Shown here: one piece after another, positions 1 through 12,666 of the stretch
Layout of the letters: the number at the start of each line of letters is the position of its first letter
How positions within the stretch are numbered: position 1 is the stretch's first letter
Position numbers and translations under genes: made by a program
Source: Camelus dromedarius
Lineage: Eukaryota
Direction of reading: 5' to 3'
NCBI RefSeq assembly: GCF_036321535.1
Contig: NC_087437.1
Location: 48,548,001 to 48,612,000 of the forward strand
Length of the DNA: 64,000 bases
The notes under the pieces: model-generated
Told to the model about the DNA's origin: nothing
The model's database searches: none
Seen by the model: the letters and a program-made list of their open reading frames with translations, nothing else

Positions 1-199
1 ATTCTCCATACTAAAAAAAAAATCACAGAAACATGTTCATTGTGATAAAAAAAAAACAAACTGAAATATATACCAGCAAAAGAAAGGTTAAGAAAGATGG
101 TATATTCATTTCATGCAATATTATGCAAACACTGACTTTAATTTAACTGTTTACCCAAGAGTGTGTAATAATATAGGGACTTTCATAATGTAGAATATT

Positions 200-1530
200 A
201 AATGAGAAAAAAATTCTAGACAGACCAAATAGTTGCTTATTGAACATGAATCTACCTCCATTCCCTCACAAAATGCCAATAAAGTAATTTTTAAGTCATA
301 AAATCAAAAGCACAAAGAATATGGGAAAGAAGAAGCCAGTAGACAGGAGAAAATAAAAATAAAATTCTGAATTTGAGAAATAACCAATTTAATAGAACAA
401 AAAGATATGGCTGAGGGAGCCAAAACATTAGTGATTTACACTGAATAATCCCAGAAAGACTCAAAGACGGAAAATAGTACTAAAGGTACGGGTACAGGTG
501 GGACAAAAAAAACAGAAGGATTAGCTGGAATCTATACATAGATGTGTAAATACATACTTATTTTTATTTAAAAGGAGGGAAAAATAAACCAAAAAAAGGA
601 AAAGAGAAAAATGCCTTCAAAATTCTGAAGAAAAAAATATTCTCTACCTAGATATCTGTGCCTGGAAACTGTTAATCAAGAGTGAAGGCAAAATAAGAGC
701 ATTTTCAGACATACAAAGTCTCAAAGAGTATACTTCCATAAATTATTTCTCAGGAAGCCACAGAGGGGTATGTTCCACCAAAACAAGGGAATAAACCTAC
801 AAATAGGAAAACGTGAAATCTAGAAAAAAAAAAAAAAGGATCTCATTCAGGAAGAAGGTGAGGATAATCCTTAAGATGACTGTGAAGGGAAGAAAGTCCT
901 GGGGCCAGCTGAGCTTTGGGCTCAGAGGTCAGATTGTTCCAGATAAGTCACCAAGATAATCATACAAATATTTCACCAAGAAAACAATGAAACTGAGGCA
1001 TTGGTTTATGTGTTTGAATCAATTGATAATTTACTTAATGACAAGCACATTAAAAAACTAAGCACAGAAAAAAGATCTCCCCTGAAAACAAAAAATTTCA
1101 CAAGAAAGGAAATATGATAATAGGACACGGAAGAGCAGAACTGTAAATAAAATTTATATAATCATCATAGTAATAGAGACAGTAAATGTTTATTTAACCA
1201 AAAATTTGTGACCTAACAATATGGGAGAAAACAAAGTAGATGTGGATAGGCGGGGGTTGGGTGAGGGGTAATGCTGGAGCGAGAGAGCAAATTCTCATCT
1301 TCCATAACAGAAAGTCAATAGATCTAGAAAGTCATGTCATCAAAGAAAAATCTATTATTGTAATTACAAAAGTAAATTCCAAAAGAAACAGCAAAAACAG
1401 TCGAAAACAGTTGCTTCTGGTATTGAGAACAGGGCAAGGGACTGCTAATTTTCATTATGAGTCTTGAAGAATAATTTGATAAATTTTTTTTAAAATAAAT
1501 GATATTTGCATATTTTTTGGACTTAATAAA
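200..1530 (+). mobile_element. HAL1 (half-L1) / L1 ORF1-like ancient LINE fragment
   Basis: 610-800 reads aatgccttcaaaattctgaag...aagagcattttcagacatacaaagtctc...ttctcaggaagc, resembling the degraded L1/HAL1 ORF1 C-terminus. Confidence 0.7.
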
Positions 1531-3759
1531 AATTAAATCTAAAAATGACCTCTAAACACATTACACAGAAGTCCCAAAACTAAGGGCAAGAAATGTACAA
1601 TCTGTAGGGTAGGCTGGCCAGCTGGAGACTCAGACAAATGTCAATGAAGTTTATATTTAGATTATTTTTTCTGGGTGGTTCAAATTTTCTTTCATGAATA
1701 TATACTACTGTTATAACAAAACAATTAAAATAAAAAGGAACCAAATTGAGCATGATTTGTTCTTTGAACCCCTGATGTTTCCTAATATTGAACACATTAT
1801 TTCTATGTACATAATAATCTACTCTTCAATTCTCTTCCAGATTCTTCTAGGAATTGTTAAATTCATTATTCTATTCCCAGAAGATATATCCCTCCATCCA
1901 CATCTAACAGACAGACAGACAGACACACACACACCTTTAACAATTTAAATAGTTGTTACCCATCTCTGCATCCTGTCCATCCCCATTCTATAGGGCCCTT
2001 CAAAATCACCAATAATTATTGGCCTGTGACACACCAAAAGTTCTTTCATACCCTAGGATTCAGTTTAATTAAGACTAAACAATCGAACTTAAAACAATTC
2101 AGCACTCTATTTACTTTTTCATAGATGTTTACACTATATTTTTCCATTCTAAAGATCCACCTTTTTATTGGTAGAGGTAAAAACAATAGATGAATATTCA
2201 TGTATTTTTACCATGATTACTTAAATTTCTGTGAGATTTGAATTCTTTCTTTTTAAATTTAGTTTAGGTTATTAGCAAAAGTCTATTTACAAACAGAAGA
2301 AATTTCATTTTTAAAGAGTTCATCTTATCTGAGGCCTTAAAATATTACATAATATTTCTACACTGTCTTTCATATGCGCTTCCTTTTATCTCCCATCACC
2401 CCTGTCTGAGCTCAGACTCTCATCAGTGCTCCTCTGGATCACTAAAATAACCTTAAAACTAGTCTACTGGGTGCCAAGATTTCCCTCTCCAACCATTATC
2501 TGGATTTGGAACCCTGCTCCAAATGGCTTTGTGCTTTCCTGCCTTCCATATCTTCCTTTTGATGTTCAAATTGTTCTGATGCTTGGAAACTTCTTTCCCG
2601 CTCCAATATCTGTTACTCAAAGTACTGGATCGTTTCTCAAGGTCCAGCTCAAATTCCAATCCTGTGAACCATACCCAACTTCTATTACTTGGAATTAGTC
2701 TTACCTTTTAGCCATTTTTCTCTCTAAAACATTTTTGTACCTCTATTAATTATTTCTAACTCAATCTGTTTCAAGTTACATATCATCTTTGAGTCTCCCA
2801 AAACATCTAGTATAGGGCTTTATTCATAGTAGAGGCACACTAAATGCTGAATTAAATCTTAGCTCAAATGGCACAAAGTTGGATTAAGTCAAAAGTATCT
2901 GATAACACCAAAACTAAGACCTACAAGAAGACTGCTTAGCTTGCAGCCATTGTAACTCTTACTTTTCCATAAATGTTTTTTAAATTTATTTATCTCACAG
3001 GCATTTGGCAATTGTTTAAACTTCAAGATCCTACTAATTACTTGGTTTAGAGAGAGAGATGTTAGTTCACATAGACATATTTATCTTAATCTTCTCTGGC
3101 TCATTTTTGCTTTATATGGGAAATCTATTTTTCTGATATCTCGATGAAAGAAAATTAGTCTGTCCACTGAGGTGAATAATGCCTTAGATAAAGGATAAGT
3201 CAATGCCTGCATAGCTGTAAAATTCCACTGTTGCTCTCCATTTCCTCATAGAACATTTCAGGGAAATAAATGGAAATTAGCTCAAAGAGCTCTAACACTT
3301 TATCACATTTTTGGCATGTTATAAAAACATGTAAATAGAAGTGCAAACCATACTTTGAATTTCAGGTTATTTTTGCAAAACTGACCAGAACTCTATCACC
3401 AAAAATACTGATGAACAAAAAAACAAGTTTAGAACCAAGGATGCCAATATTCCCATAATCCGATCTTTTAAAGGTGGCCTTCCTAAGCCTCCAGTAAAAA
3501 GACCCTGTTTTCACTTTCTGAATTGCTACAAAGATGCAATATTTAAATGTCATAAACTTAGTCCACTAAAAGTTTTGCACATACAGTTCTCAACAAATAA
3601 CATTTTATTAGAAGCTTCCTGTGAGAGCTTAATTAAATTTAGATGCAACTAACCTGTATTCTTTTATTTCATTAAATATGAAACTATAATATTTATAGTA
3701 TCTCTCCAAATGATTGGGATAAAATATGTTCAGAATGTCCTAACTCAATTAATACATTC

Positions 3760-4226
3760 TGTATCAGTCAGGATACTCTAAAGAAACGGAACCAAGAATA
3801 AACACACACATAAAGAGAATGAGATTTATTTTAAGGAACTGGCTCACATGCTTGTCAAAGCTGGTAAGTCTGAAATCTGTAGGGTAGGTTGGCCAGCTGG
3901 AGACTCAGACAAAAGTTGGAAGTTGCAGAGTTGGGTCTGAAATTTGTAAGGCAGGCCAGCAGTCTGGAAACTCATGCAAGATTTCTGTTATAGGTAAAAT
4001 TTCTTCTCCAAAAAACTGATTTTGCTGTTAAGACCTTCAGCTTATTGGATGAGGTCTATCCACATTATGGAGGGTAACCTGCTTTACTCAAAGTCAACCG
4101 ATTATAATTGTTAATCTTCTTAATCACATTACTAAATACCTTCACGGCAAAATCTAGACTAGTATTTGACCAAACCACTGGGGACCATAGCCTAGCCAAG
4201 CTGACACATGAAAATTAACCACCACA
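3760..4226 (-). mobile_element. MLT2-type ERVL solo LTR
   Basis: TG...CA ends, typical MLT2 sequence (gccaagctgacacatgaaaattaaccaccaca), perfect 5-bp TSD CATTC. Confidence 0.88.
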
Positions 4227-5000
4227 CATTCAGTCAGTAAATATTTACTGAGCACCTCCCAAGGGCCTAGTACTACTCCAGATTCAGACCTTACCCTTAA
4301 GCCATCACTTACCATATGGAAGGCAACAAGTAAATCAACACTTACATTGCAGTGTGCAAAGTGTTACGCTAAAGTGTTAAAAAGGCTAGATTAAGGGCAT
4401 CAGATTGAGTCCTGGTGATTTTAAGAGCCACTAGAAGAAAGATAATGATTGAACAAAATTTAGAAGGATGAGTAAGAGTTACTGAGAAAGAGGGGGGACA
4501 AAGTCATTTGCAAAGTGATCTGTGTAAAAGAAAAAAAGATGCAAGTTCATTTGATTTGTCTAGAGCAAAAAATACATATGCCACCAAGGCAGAAAATTAA
4601 GCTGAATAAGTGGTCACATGCCAGATCACAATGGACTTTGTGGGCCAACTATGGCATCTGAACCACATCCTGAAGGCTATAAGAGTTCATCTAAAAGGAG
4701 TTATACAATCAAATCAGCATATCAGAAAAAAATAACCTTTACTGCAGGGCTAAGATGAGGCTAGAACCAGAATTGGGAGAGTTGGGGTGGGGATGGACTT
4801 AAAGCAGACAGACCCTGTTTGGAGAGTGGCAACAGGTAGCTGAGAAGTTGTGAAGACCCGCAGCAACGGAGTGAAAGGGAGCAGAAAGCTTTCAGGAAGT
4901 CGAATACATAGGATTTAGTGACTAATTGACGTGGGCTGAACAAGATGAGGGCATATGTGATGACTTCGGGTTTGGGGTTTGGATAAATATGAGGACAGTA
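4227..5000 (-). mobile_element. L2 LINE 3' fragment
   Basis: cattcagtcagtaaatatttactgagcacc tail signature, followed by degraded L2-like purine-rich sequence. Confidence 0.6.
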
Positions 5001-5919
5001 CTGTCATATAAAAAATCTTGGTTAAAGAGGTAATGCATGATGAGAAAGGTAGAATAAGGTAAAAGGAAAAAAATGAAGTGAAGAATATTCCAGCAGCTAC
5101 TACTGCATCCTTCTACATCAAAGCAGATGGTAAAAACAATTTCATAGATTTCTCCCTAATCCTCTAAATTTACTTATATACAGCCAAATTATGCTTTGTG
5201 CAGAACAAAGTAGGTTGCTTAATAACAAAAGTAACACGTTAAGGTACACTTAGTACTTAAGAATTTACTTATAAAAGAAATTACTCTGCTAAATTACCTT
5301 TGCCTCTTCAGAAAAATGTGCGAAACACTCCAAAATTCTGAATGGATTAGGTGATAAATAGGGCAACACTTAGCTTCCTGCCCAGAATTTGAAAACAAAA
5401 TTTCCCTCTGATAATTAAATAATAAAAACAACACATAGTGAAATACATCAGAAATAGGCAGAATCTTAGAGAAACAGATTGCTAACCGTATTAACAAATC
5501 TAAACAATGTGTCTATTTAGAATTGGAGCAGAAATAAGTGTTGTAGAGCTAAACACAGGTAGGAGCCATCTAAGCATTTCTCAAGGAGAAGGACAGTGAA
5601 GATGAACATCTGGTCTTCCTGGCATGCATATCCCTACTACTGAGATGCATGAGTAAAGCTACTAAAAATCTGATGCAATTAAAAATTCAAATTAAAATTC
5701 CTTTTCCTTTGGTTACAGATGACTTACTAGGTCACATGCTTCAAATCTGGCTTCTGAAGTAGATATTATTAGGATGTCCTATACCTATCTCTTCTCCTGA
5801 ACAGAACGCCACATGGCCCAAACCCTTCCTCTTAAGGGAACTGCTCCTTCTCTTACTCCAGGAATTCAAAACAGCACTTGCCATGTTGTTAAAAACTCAG
5901 CCCCTACAGTAGAAACCAG

Positions 5920-6112
5920 TGGAAGGCAGAGCCAATGAATAGGAAGAAATAGAATCCTGATGACATCATTTGAGCCCTTGGGTCAAACTTCACCAAAAGT
6001 CAGTCATACTTCCTAGGCTTTTGAGTTATGTGAAGTGTTCAATTCCATATTTTGTTTATGCCAGTTTGAGTTTCATTTTCTAGAACTTGCAACCTAGAGT
6101 TCTAACTAATAC
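5920..6112 (+). mobile_element. MLT1 (MaLR) LTR 3' part
   Basis: cctgatgacatcatttgagccc...ttgcaacctagagttctaactaatac resembles an MLT1 3' end. Confidence 0.6.
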
Positions 6113-7568
6113 TATGCATCATTACAAACTTGAAGCTCTAGACACAGTGAGTTGTTTCTGATCTTATAAAAAAAATAACTAAAACACCAAACCTCCCAAT
6201 ACTACACAGTTAATGTGGCAATCAAGTCTGACCTTCAAGTCCATTAAAGTCTATAAACAGTCAACTAAAAAGAACACATTCTTAAGTGATTTTTTTCATT
6301 GTAAAATAGGAGAAGTAGAGAAAGTTTTATCTACTTCATTTGCCAAGTTCAAGAAAATGGTAGTGACATAATTTTTTAAACCTTAATTCCTATAGTGACT
6401 ACTGAAGTTTAGTTTCCACAAAATATTTCTATGAGAAATTCCTGAAGTTGACTGTCAGTTTATCAATCTGCAAATTAAGATGGCTGAAAAATCTCAGTGT
6501 GTAGCCATGCAGAGTGGCTAGGAGATCATAGGTGTGACCCCCAAAATATCTCTCAGTCAATTAGACATGCAAACATTTCAGAAAGTCAAGAACACTGCAG
6601 TTCCCTCCCCCATAGAAGATTCCTTTTTCTTTTTTAACTTAAGAGAATAACTCCAATTTCTCATTATTGAGTTAAAGCATTATTGAGTAAAATATTCATA
6701 AGTGCAAGTTAGAGACGAGGTAGATGATCTTCAAAAGTGGAATAAAATAAACTAAATGAAATTTAGCTCAACTATGCATTGAAATGTATTTACGAAGGCA
6801 CAGCTCAAAAACAAAAGAAATTATATATTTACTGCTTTGATTCAAAACCCAAATGTCTCATAAAGTCCACATGTAGAGAGTTGTTAGTAAATACAGTAAA
6901 AGAAGACAGCCTTGATTATTTTTCACAATGATTATATTTTTTAATTTCTCATAATTTTTATGAAAAGTTTTATTCAATGACAATATTTATTTTTACCTTC
7001 CTATTATAGTTTGACAACTTACATCAATGACTACATAAATTTGATTATTTTAGCTCACATAACATGATTTCAAATCAATATTCTGTAAGCCTTAGGGAAG
7101 GGAAAGTCTTATACCCTACACAATCCTGCACATGATAAAACATTATAATAAATAATAAGGTCATCCTTAAATTTTATACCATGTACTATCCAACCTCATT
7201 AGAGTAGATACAAAAGGAATCTGGAGAAGAGTATGTATCAGAAATGATGTGCCTGTGTAATCTTTCTCAGTCAAGGTATTAGGGGACATAGCATTTGAAC
7301 TGTATCATAACAGGTCATCAAGCAAAGGCGATGGGTAGTGCATTCTAAACAGTAAAGCCACAACATAAAGAAATAATTAATCATAATACCAGCCAATATT
7401 GATTAAATATTTTCTCCATGCTAGATACACTGTATCTGTATTAACTTATTTAACTGTATTAACTTATTTCATCCTTACAAATGTTTAATGATAGTCTAAG
7501 TTTGCACAGCAGTTAATTGTCCCTCTCCATAGCAATCATTGACCATGCAATTAAAATTTGTATCTTGG

Positions 7569-7820
7569 CATGGAAGCAACATGAACGTCCACTGACAAAT
7601 GACTGGCTAAAGAAGATGCAGTATGTATGTATACGTGTGTGTGTGTGTGTATGTAAAATATATATATATATATACACTAAATACAGTACTCAGCCACAAA
7701 AAAGAACAAAATAATGCCATTTGCAGCAACATGGACGGACCTGCAGATTGCCATACTAAATGAAGTAAGCCAGAAAAAGAAAGACAAATGCCATTGATAT
7801 GATATCACTTATATGTGGAA

Positions 7821-7851
<31 letters not shown>

Positions 7852-8131
7852 TGACACAAATGAACTTATTTAGAAACAGACTCACAAACACAGAAAACAA
7901 AATTGTGGTTACCAGGAGGGGAAAGGGGGAGTGGAGTGATAAATTGAGAGTTCAGGATTTACAGATACTAACTACTATATATAAAATAGATAAACAACAA
8001 GGTCCTACTGTTTAGCACAGGGAACTATATTCAGTACCCCACAATAGCCTATGATGAAAAAGAATATGAAAAGGATATGAATATAAAAACCAACTATACT
8101 TCAATTAAAAATAAATAAATAAAAGTAAAAT
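7569..8131 (+). mobile_element. Relatively young 5'-truncated L1 (3' UTR)
   Basis: aataatgccatttgcagcaacatggacggacc...tcacttatatgtggaatct; A-rich tail; 16-bp TSD aaaatttgtatcttgg (7553-7568) / aacatttgtgtcttgg (8132-8147). Confidence 0.9.
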
Positions 8132-8867
8132 AACATTTGTGTCTTGGAAAAAAATGACTATACATTACATAACATCAGCCTTCCAGAGGCTCACAAATAG
8201 TGGAGACTGTCAATGAATGCCAAAGTTGATAATACTGATAACCTCCCTCGTTTCATAACACCAATTCCATCTCAGATAACACTGGTATTCTAATAGCTCA
8301 TCATTTCTTCATGTCTGGACTTAATTCTCTTTCAATGCCATGAAGAAGGGAAAGAAAAAAGTGTAATTCTAGCGCTAAATAGAGTGTCCTCTCTCTGTTA
8401 CATACATATGTACATATATGTACATAAATAAATGTGTACAGCTATATTTCACAGGTAATTTTCCACAATAAGCAGTGCCAAAATTAGCTGATTAATGTGC
8501 TAAATTATTAGGGTAACTTGACTATTGTCCATCAGGATAGTGCCCATTTGAGGTAAGAGTTTCTCTTTTATGATTTTGTTTTTCTTCATTGGCCTTGTAA
8601 ATTAAATGACTTTGCCTCAAGGACAGTGGGAAGGATCTTAAGTTTTTATTTTCATGTAAGGAGGTACTAGTGAAATAAGTATCATTAGTTAAACACTTCT
8701 TCACAAACAGTCCTTATGTGGAGACCTTGTTGATATGGGATTGGAAGGACCAGAACCCTATCCACCTGGCCTCTCCTCAACTCCTACAGCAGCTACTAGG
8801 GGAACTTCAGAGAGCTGCTAGAAATCACTGATGAAGGCACACTAAACTGAGAGAGCAAAGGCCTGGG

Positions 8868-9195
8868 TCAGAGACTGTAAAAGTGCAACCCTATGGGCCA
8901 AATCTGCCCTGGAAGTGTGTTTTGTTAGACTCATACAGTTTTTTGTTTTTCTTTTTCTTTGTTGTTAGCATTTTAAAATTGAAATATTTTACATAAAATA
9001 TCTGGAGTCCCAGCTGATAATTAAAAATCACATGATCTGCTATACTGAACCTCCATTTTCACATGTAAATCATCAGCTGCATCTGTGTGGCAGTGACCCC
9101 TTCACCTGTGCTTATGTATTTCTTTATCACCACCTTCCATGTTCTAATTTATAACCCTGAATTATGTTTCCTACCTGACCCTTGTAGCCAGGTGA
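8868..9195 (+). mobile_element. hAT-Charlie MITE, MER102-like
   Basis: gggccaaatctgccc...gtgtgttttgtt...tttacataaaatatctgg resembles the remembered MER102 consensus. Confidence 0.55.
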
Positions 9196-10067
9196 CCAAT
9201 GACCAAACTTTTAATAAAGTTATGCTACCAATAATTTGATTGACCTTAAAAAGTCATTAAATCTCTTTGGGACTCAATGTCTTCACCTGACATTGGGAAA
9301 GGGAGCTTCTAAGTCTAATATTTATTCTAAAATTTAGAATACTCTCTCGTTAGAAATGGACTGCCTGCTATAACTTCTACTATCAGTGAAATCTTGTCTT
9401 GACTACCATAAATTAAATTTAAAATAATCAGTTTTACTAGTGCATTTAATCACAAGAAAAGGCATCATTAAGTTAGGAGTACTGAAAAGAAATACACATG
9501 TACTTCAATTTTAATGCCCTTGGAAAGGCTTAGCTACATCAGACCTGATTTGGAAAATTTTGACTGAGAAGCCTCTCTGAACACCTGGGGACTACTGACT
9601 TCAATTAGATTACAGCTGGCGTTGTCCATTATCTATTTAAAGCCTAACAAAGAAAAGAGAACAGTGGGGGTGTATTCATTCTCTTCAATTAAATTCTCTT
9701 CCATACAACTGATTTAGGAAGTAATTTTACCCAGGATTTACTCAAACGTTCTCTGCCACAAGAACTCTACATTACCTAATTTGGATGTGTTTTCAATCTA
9801 TTATTTCAAAAAATTAAGTCACTTAAAAAGCACTGAGTAATTTTCTTGCTAGTATATGCCACTTTATATCACATTCTCAAAAGCATATTGTGTATTTGCT
9901 GGGTCAGACTAGAACACGTGTATACCTAACCACTATCTTCTGGGGTCATCAATAAAACAATGTAAGATTTTCCAGGAAACAAAATAACTAAATAGGCAAA
10001 CTGATAAGTGTACTAATTGTTCTAGCTTCACTTGTCATTACGGGTCTCCAAGTGAGAAGGGTTTAAG

Positions 10068-10233
10068 GCCTTGCCACTCAAAGCGTAGTTTGTGAACCAA
10101 GAGCATCAGCATTCCCTGGGAGCTGTTACAAAAGCAGAATCTCAGGCTCCACCCCAGACCTGCTGTTTTAGGACCCACTGTTCAGCAAGACCCTCAGGTG
10201 AGTTATGCACAGATTAGTTTGGGGAATACTGCT
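10068..10233. mobile_element. MER5A hAT MITE
   Basis: gcatcagcattccctgggagctgttacaaaagcagaatctcaggctccaccccagacct. Confidence 0.75.
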
Positions 10234-10259
10234 GGGCACACTGGGGGAGTAATGGCTGG

Positions 10260-10430
10260 GCCTGAACTCTAATCCTGATCCTGCCATTTATTAGCCATAC
10301 TTTATTTCACCTCAGTTTCTTCATCAGTAAAGTGTGACTAAATATTAATTACCTCAAGGAACACTCCCTGATTTTATTTACTTATTACATCTGAAGACTC
10401 TGGCACAGAGTAAGTCCTCAATAAATGTTT
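10260..10430 (+). mobile_element. MIR SINE
   Basis: cctcagtttcttcatcagtaaag core; ctggcacagagtaagtcctcaataaatgtt tail. Confidence 0.65.
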
Positions 10431-11691
10431 ACCAAATCTGGCTACAAAAAAAAAAAAAATAGTCAGAATCTAAAAATTCTGACTCCACTTTGAAGTTAAA
10501 ACTCAAATGTATTTTTACAAATGAATGTTTTTTTTTACCATGAGCTGAATCTGTTCACTTTAAGATGTGGAATAATTTCTTTGATGTTTCTTCTTAAAAA
10601 CTCAAGTGGAGATTGAAAGGGAACTGTTTTCCTTCCTCTTCCCTATTTCTTCCTCCAACTCATCCTTCCTTCAAACACAAATGAAGGAGAGAGACCTAAA
10701 GAGAAAAACTGAATGAGCACTGCAGTGATTTTTCAGGACCTCCAAATGAACGCAATTAAACTCCCTCAAAGCCCCAATCCAGCACAAAGTGACCATGCTG
10801 TTAAATGGTTAAATGGCAAGATAACAACACAAATCAAACTTATTTTACATTACGGATGCAATGTTTGGGTAAAAGTCTTGATATGTTGAGAGAGAGAAAG
10901 TAACAAGATAACCAGGGAGCAGAAATTTGCTAAATTTAATGCAGAAAATCAAAACAGACAATAGGAATACAGAGACACCATAAAGGACACCTTTGAGCTA
11001 CATGTCTAAAATATAGGATATGGGTGATCAACAGCCCTAGGCAGTAACTGATGTGAGACCCTTTGACTAACCTGGGACCTCAGCTTTTGAACTATGGACC
11101 AAATGTACAATCTATAAACCAGTCTATTGTACTTGTAATATGAAAGAAATCACTCTTCCAATTTTGGTCAACAACAGGTTCTTCTATACAAACCATAATC
11201 TTAACTAAACTAGTTAGATTTTAAATTTTTATTTTATGAAATATTATCTTAACTCAAGTGAGTCCCTCGTTACTGTCTGCTTGTGGATCTTACGTATAGC
11301 CACTGTAATGTTTTTTCCCCAACACCACTATATTAATAGTCTCCACTTGCCAAATGGCAGGCCTTCCATCCTTTCTGGTGTCCTTGGATTTTCCATGCGA
11401 ATGTGGAAGGAATATCTCACATAGGCTATGCGTAGCTTCCTATCTCAGCTGCCCTTATACTCTCGCTCTTAACATTCCTTTTGGCTAATTCTGCTTGGCA
11501 AGGAACACAATGGTGGTAGTGACCTTTGACATCCTCTGTTGTGTCCATTTTCTCAACATCTGGTGCCTAAGAAATCTTTCTGCCTCCAAGTTCCTGGCAT
11601 GAACACCACCTGCAACTCTATTCTGGCCATACTGGTGTTAACCCAGTCTTGACCTCCAGTCCTCACCTGGAGAGAAATGGTTGCCACTTTT

Positions 11692-12666
11692 TGTGGGAGC
11701 ACAAACTTGGGTTAACAAACTTTGATATTGTAATGATTGCTTTTACCAAATCATATTCTCACACATAAGAAATGTATAATCAAAACCAATGCTTTCTATA
11801 TTTGTCTTTATACTGCTAATTCAAAGCAAAATGTCTAAGAGCACAAAAGACTAAACTCTCAATACCAGTCACCACCTTATCTATGGAATTTAGCTTATTT
11901 GCCTTGAAGCTGCTTTGCAGGAATCTGCTACAAACTGTCTCCTTGCTGTAAAAAGCAGAGACATACTTTGCTTGCGTTGCTTAGTTTGAGGTCATAGATT
12001 CAGGGCTGCTTGTGCTTACAGAAAACCATAACTCGTCCCCTGCCCTAACCGGCAGGACATGCTTCGCTTATCAGGCGCAGGTGGATAGTGTAGGCTGCTC
12101 TTGCTCACAGAAGACTGCGACTTAGCCCTTAGCTGGGAACAGCTGGGCTGCTTCACATGTTTAGACGATTTCTGATCATTGTATACTCTGTGCTGGTCTG
12201 GGTTTTCATTATCAATTGTTCGGAACACTGTAACCCTGCTCATGATTAAGGTGTAAAATAACTGTTTGTACTATTAATATTGTAACCTTCTCTCTAAGTA
12301 TAAATTAAGATTATAATGTTTCTGTTTTTCACAAACTGAAAATACTGACCTGCATCCCTGCACATACACCATGCTCCTTACTTATTCCTATGACGTATTT
12401 TATTTTGATTCTTTGTTTGACTATTCTCAATAAATACAAGAGCTTTGGAGGAGCTCGGGAAGTTGGTCTCTGGCTCACTGTCACTCTGTTGACTTGATAA
12501 AGTCTTGAGTAATTTTGTTCTTCTGCAGTGGGGACTTTTGCTGGACAAAACCCATGACGAACAGAACCCACAACTGGTGACCCCAATGTGATCACCACTC
12601 TCCGAGATGAGAACCCACAACTGGTGACCTCAACGTGACCACCATTCGCAGGGACAAGAACCCACA
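11692..12666 (+). mobile_element. Class II (ERV2/ERVK-like) solo LTR, 975 bp
   Basis: Terminal inverted repeats TGTGGG...CCCACA; 6-bp TSD ACTTTT/ACTATT (1 mismatch); TATAAA at ~12299; AATAAATA at 12429; retained CpGs; no gag/pol follows. Confidence 0.85.
12563..12666 (+). repeat. 47-bp tandem unit: LTR end (AGAACCCACA) plus tRNA-Trp PBS, 2.2 copies
   Basis: AGAACCCACA at 12563, 12610 and 12657 (exact 47-nt period); TGGTGACCCCAATGTGAT at 12575 and TGGTGACCTCAACGTGAC at 12622. Confidence 0.9.

Noticed and set aside
7436..7470. Tandem duplication ctgtattaacttattt x2
   Set aside because: Ordinary slippage duplication in MIR-like sequence.
12563..12666. Repeat-spacer pattern resembling a CRISPR array
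   Set aside because: Eukaryotic DNA with no cas genes; the 'spacers' are similar to each other and the unit is LTR-end plus PBS.
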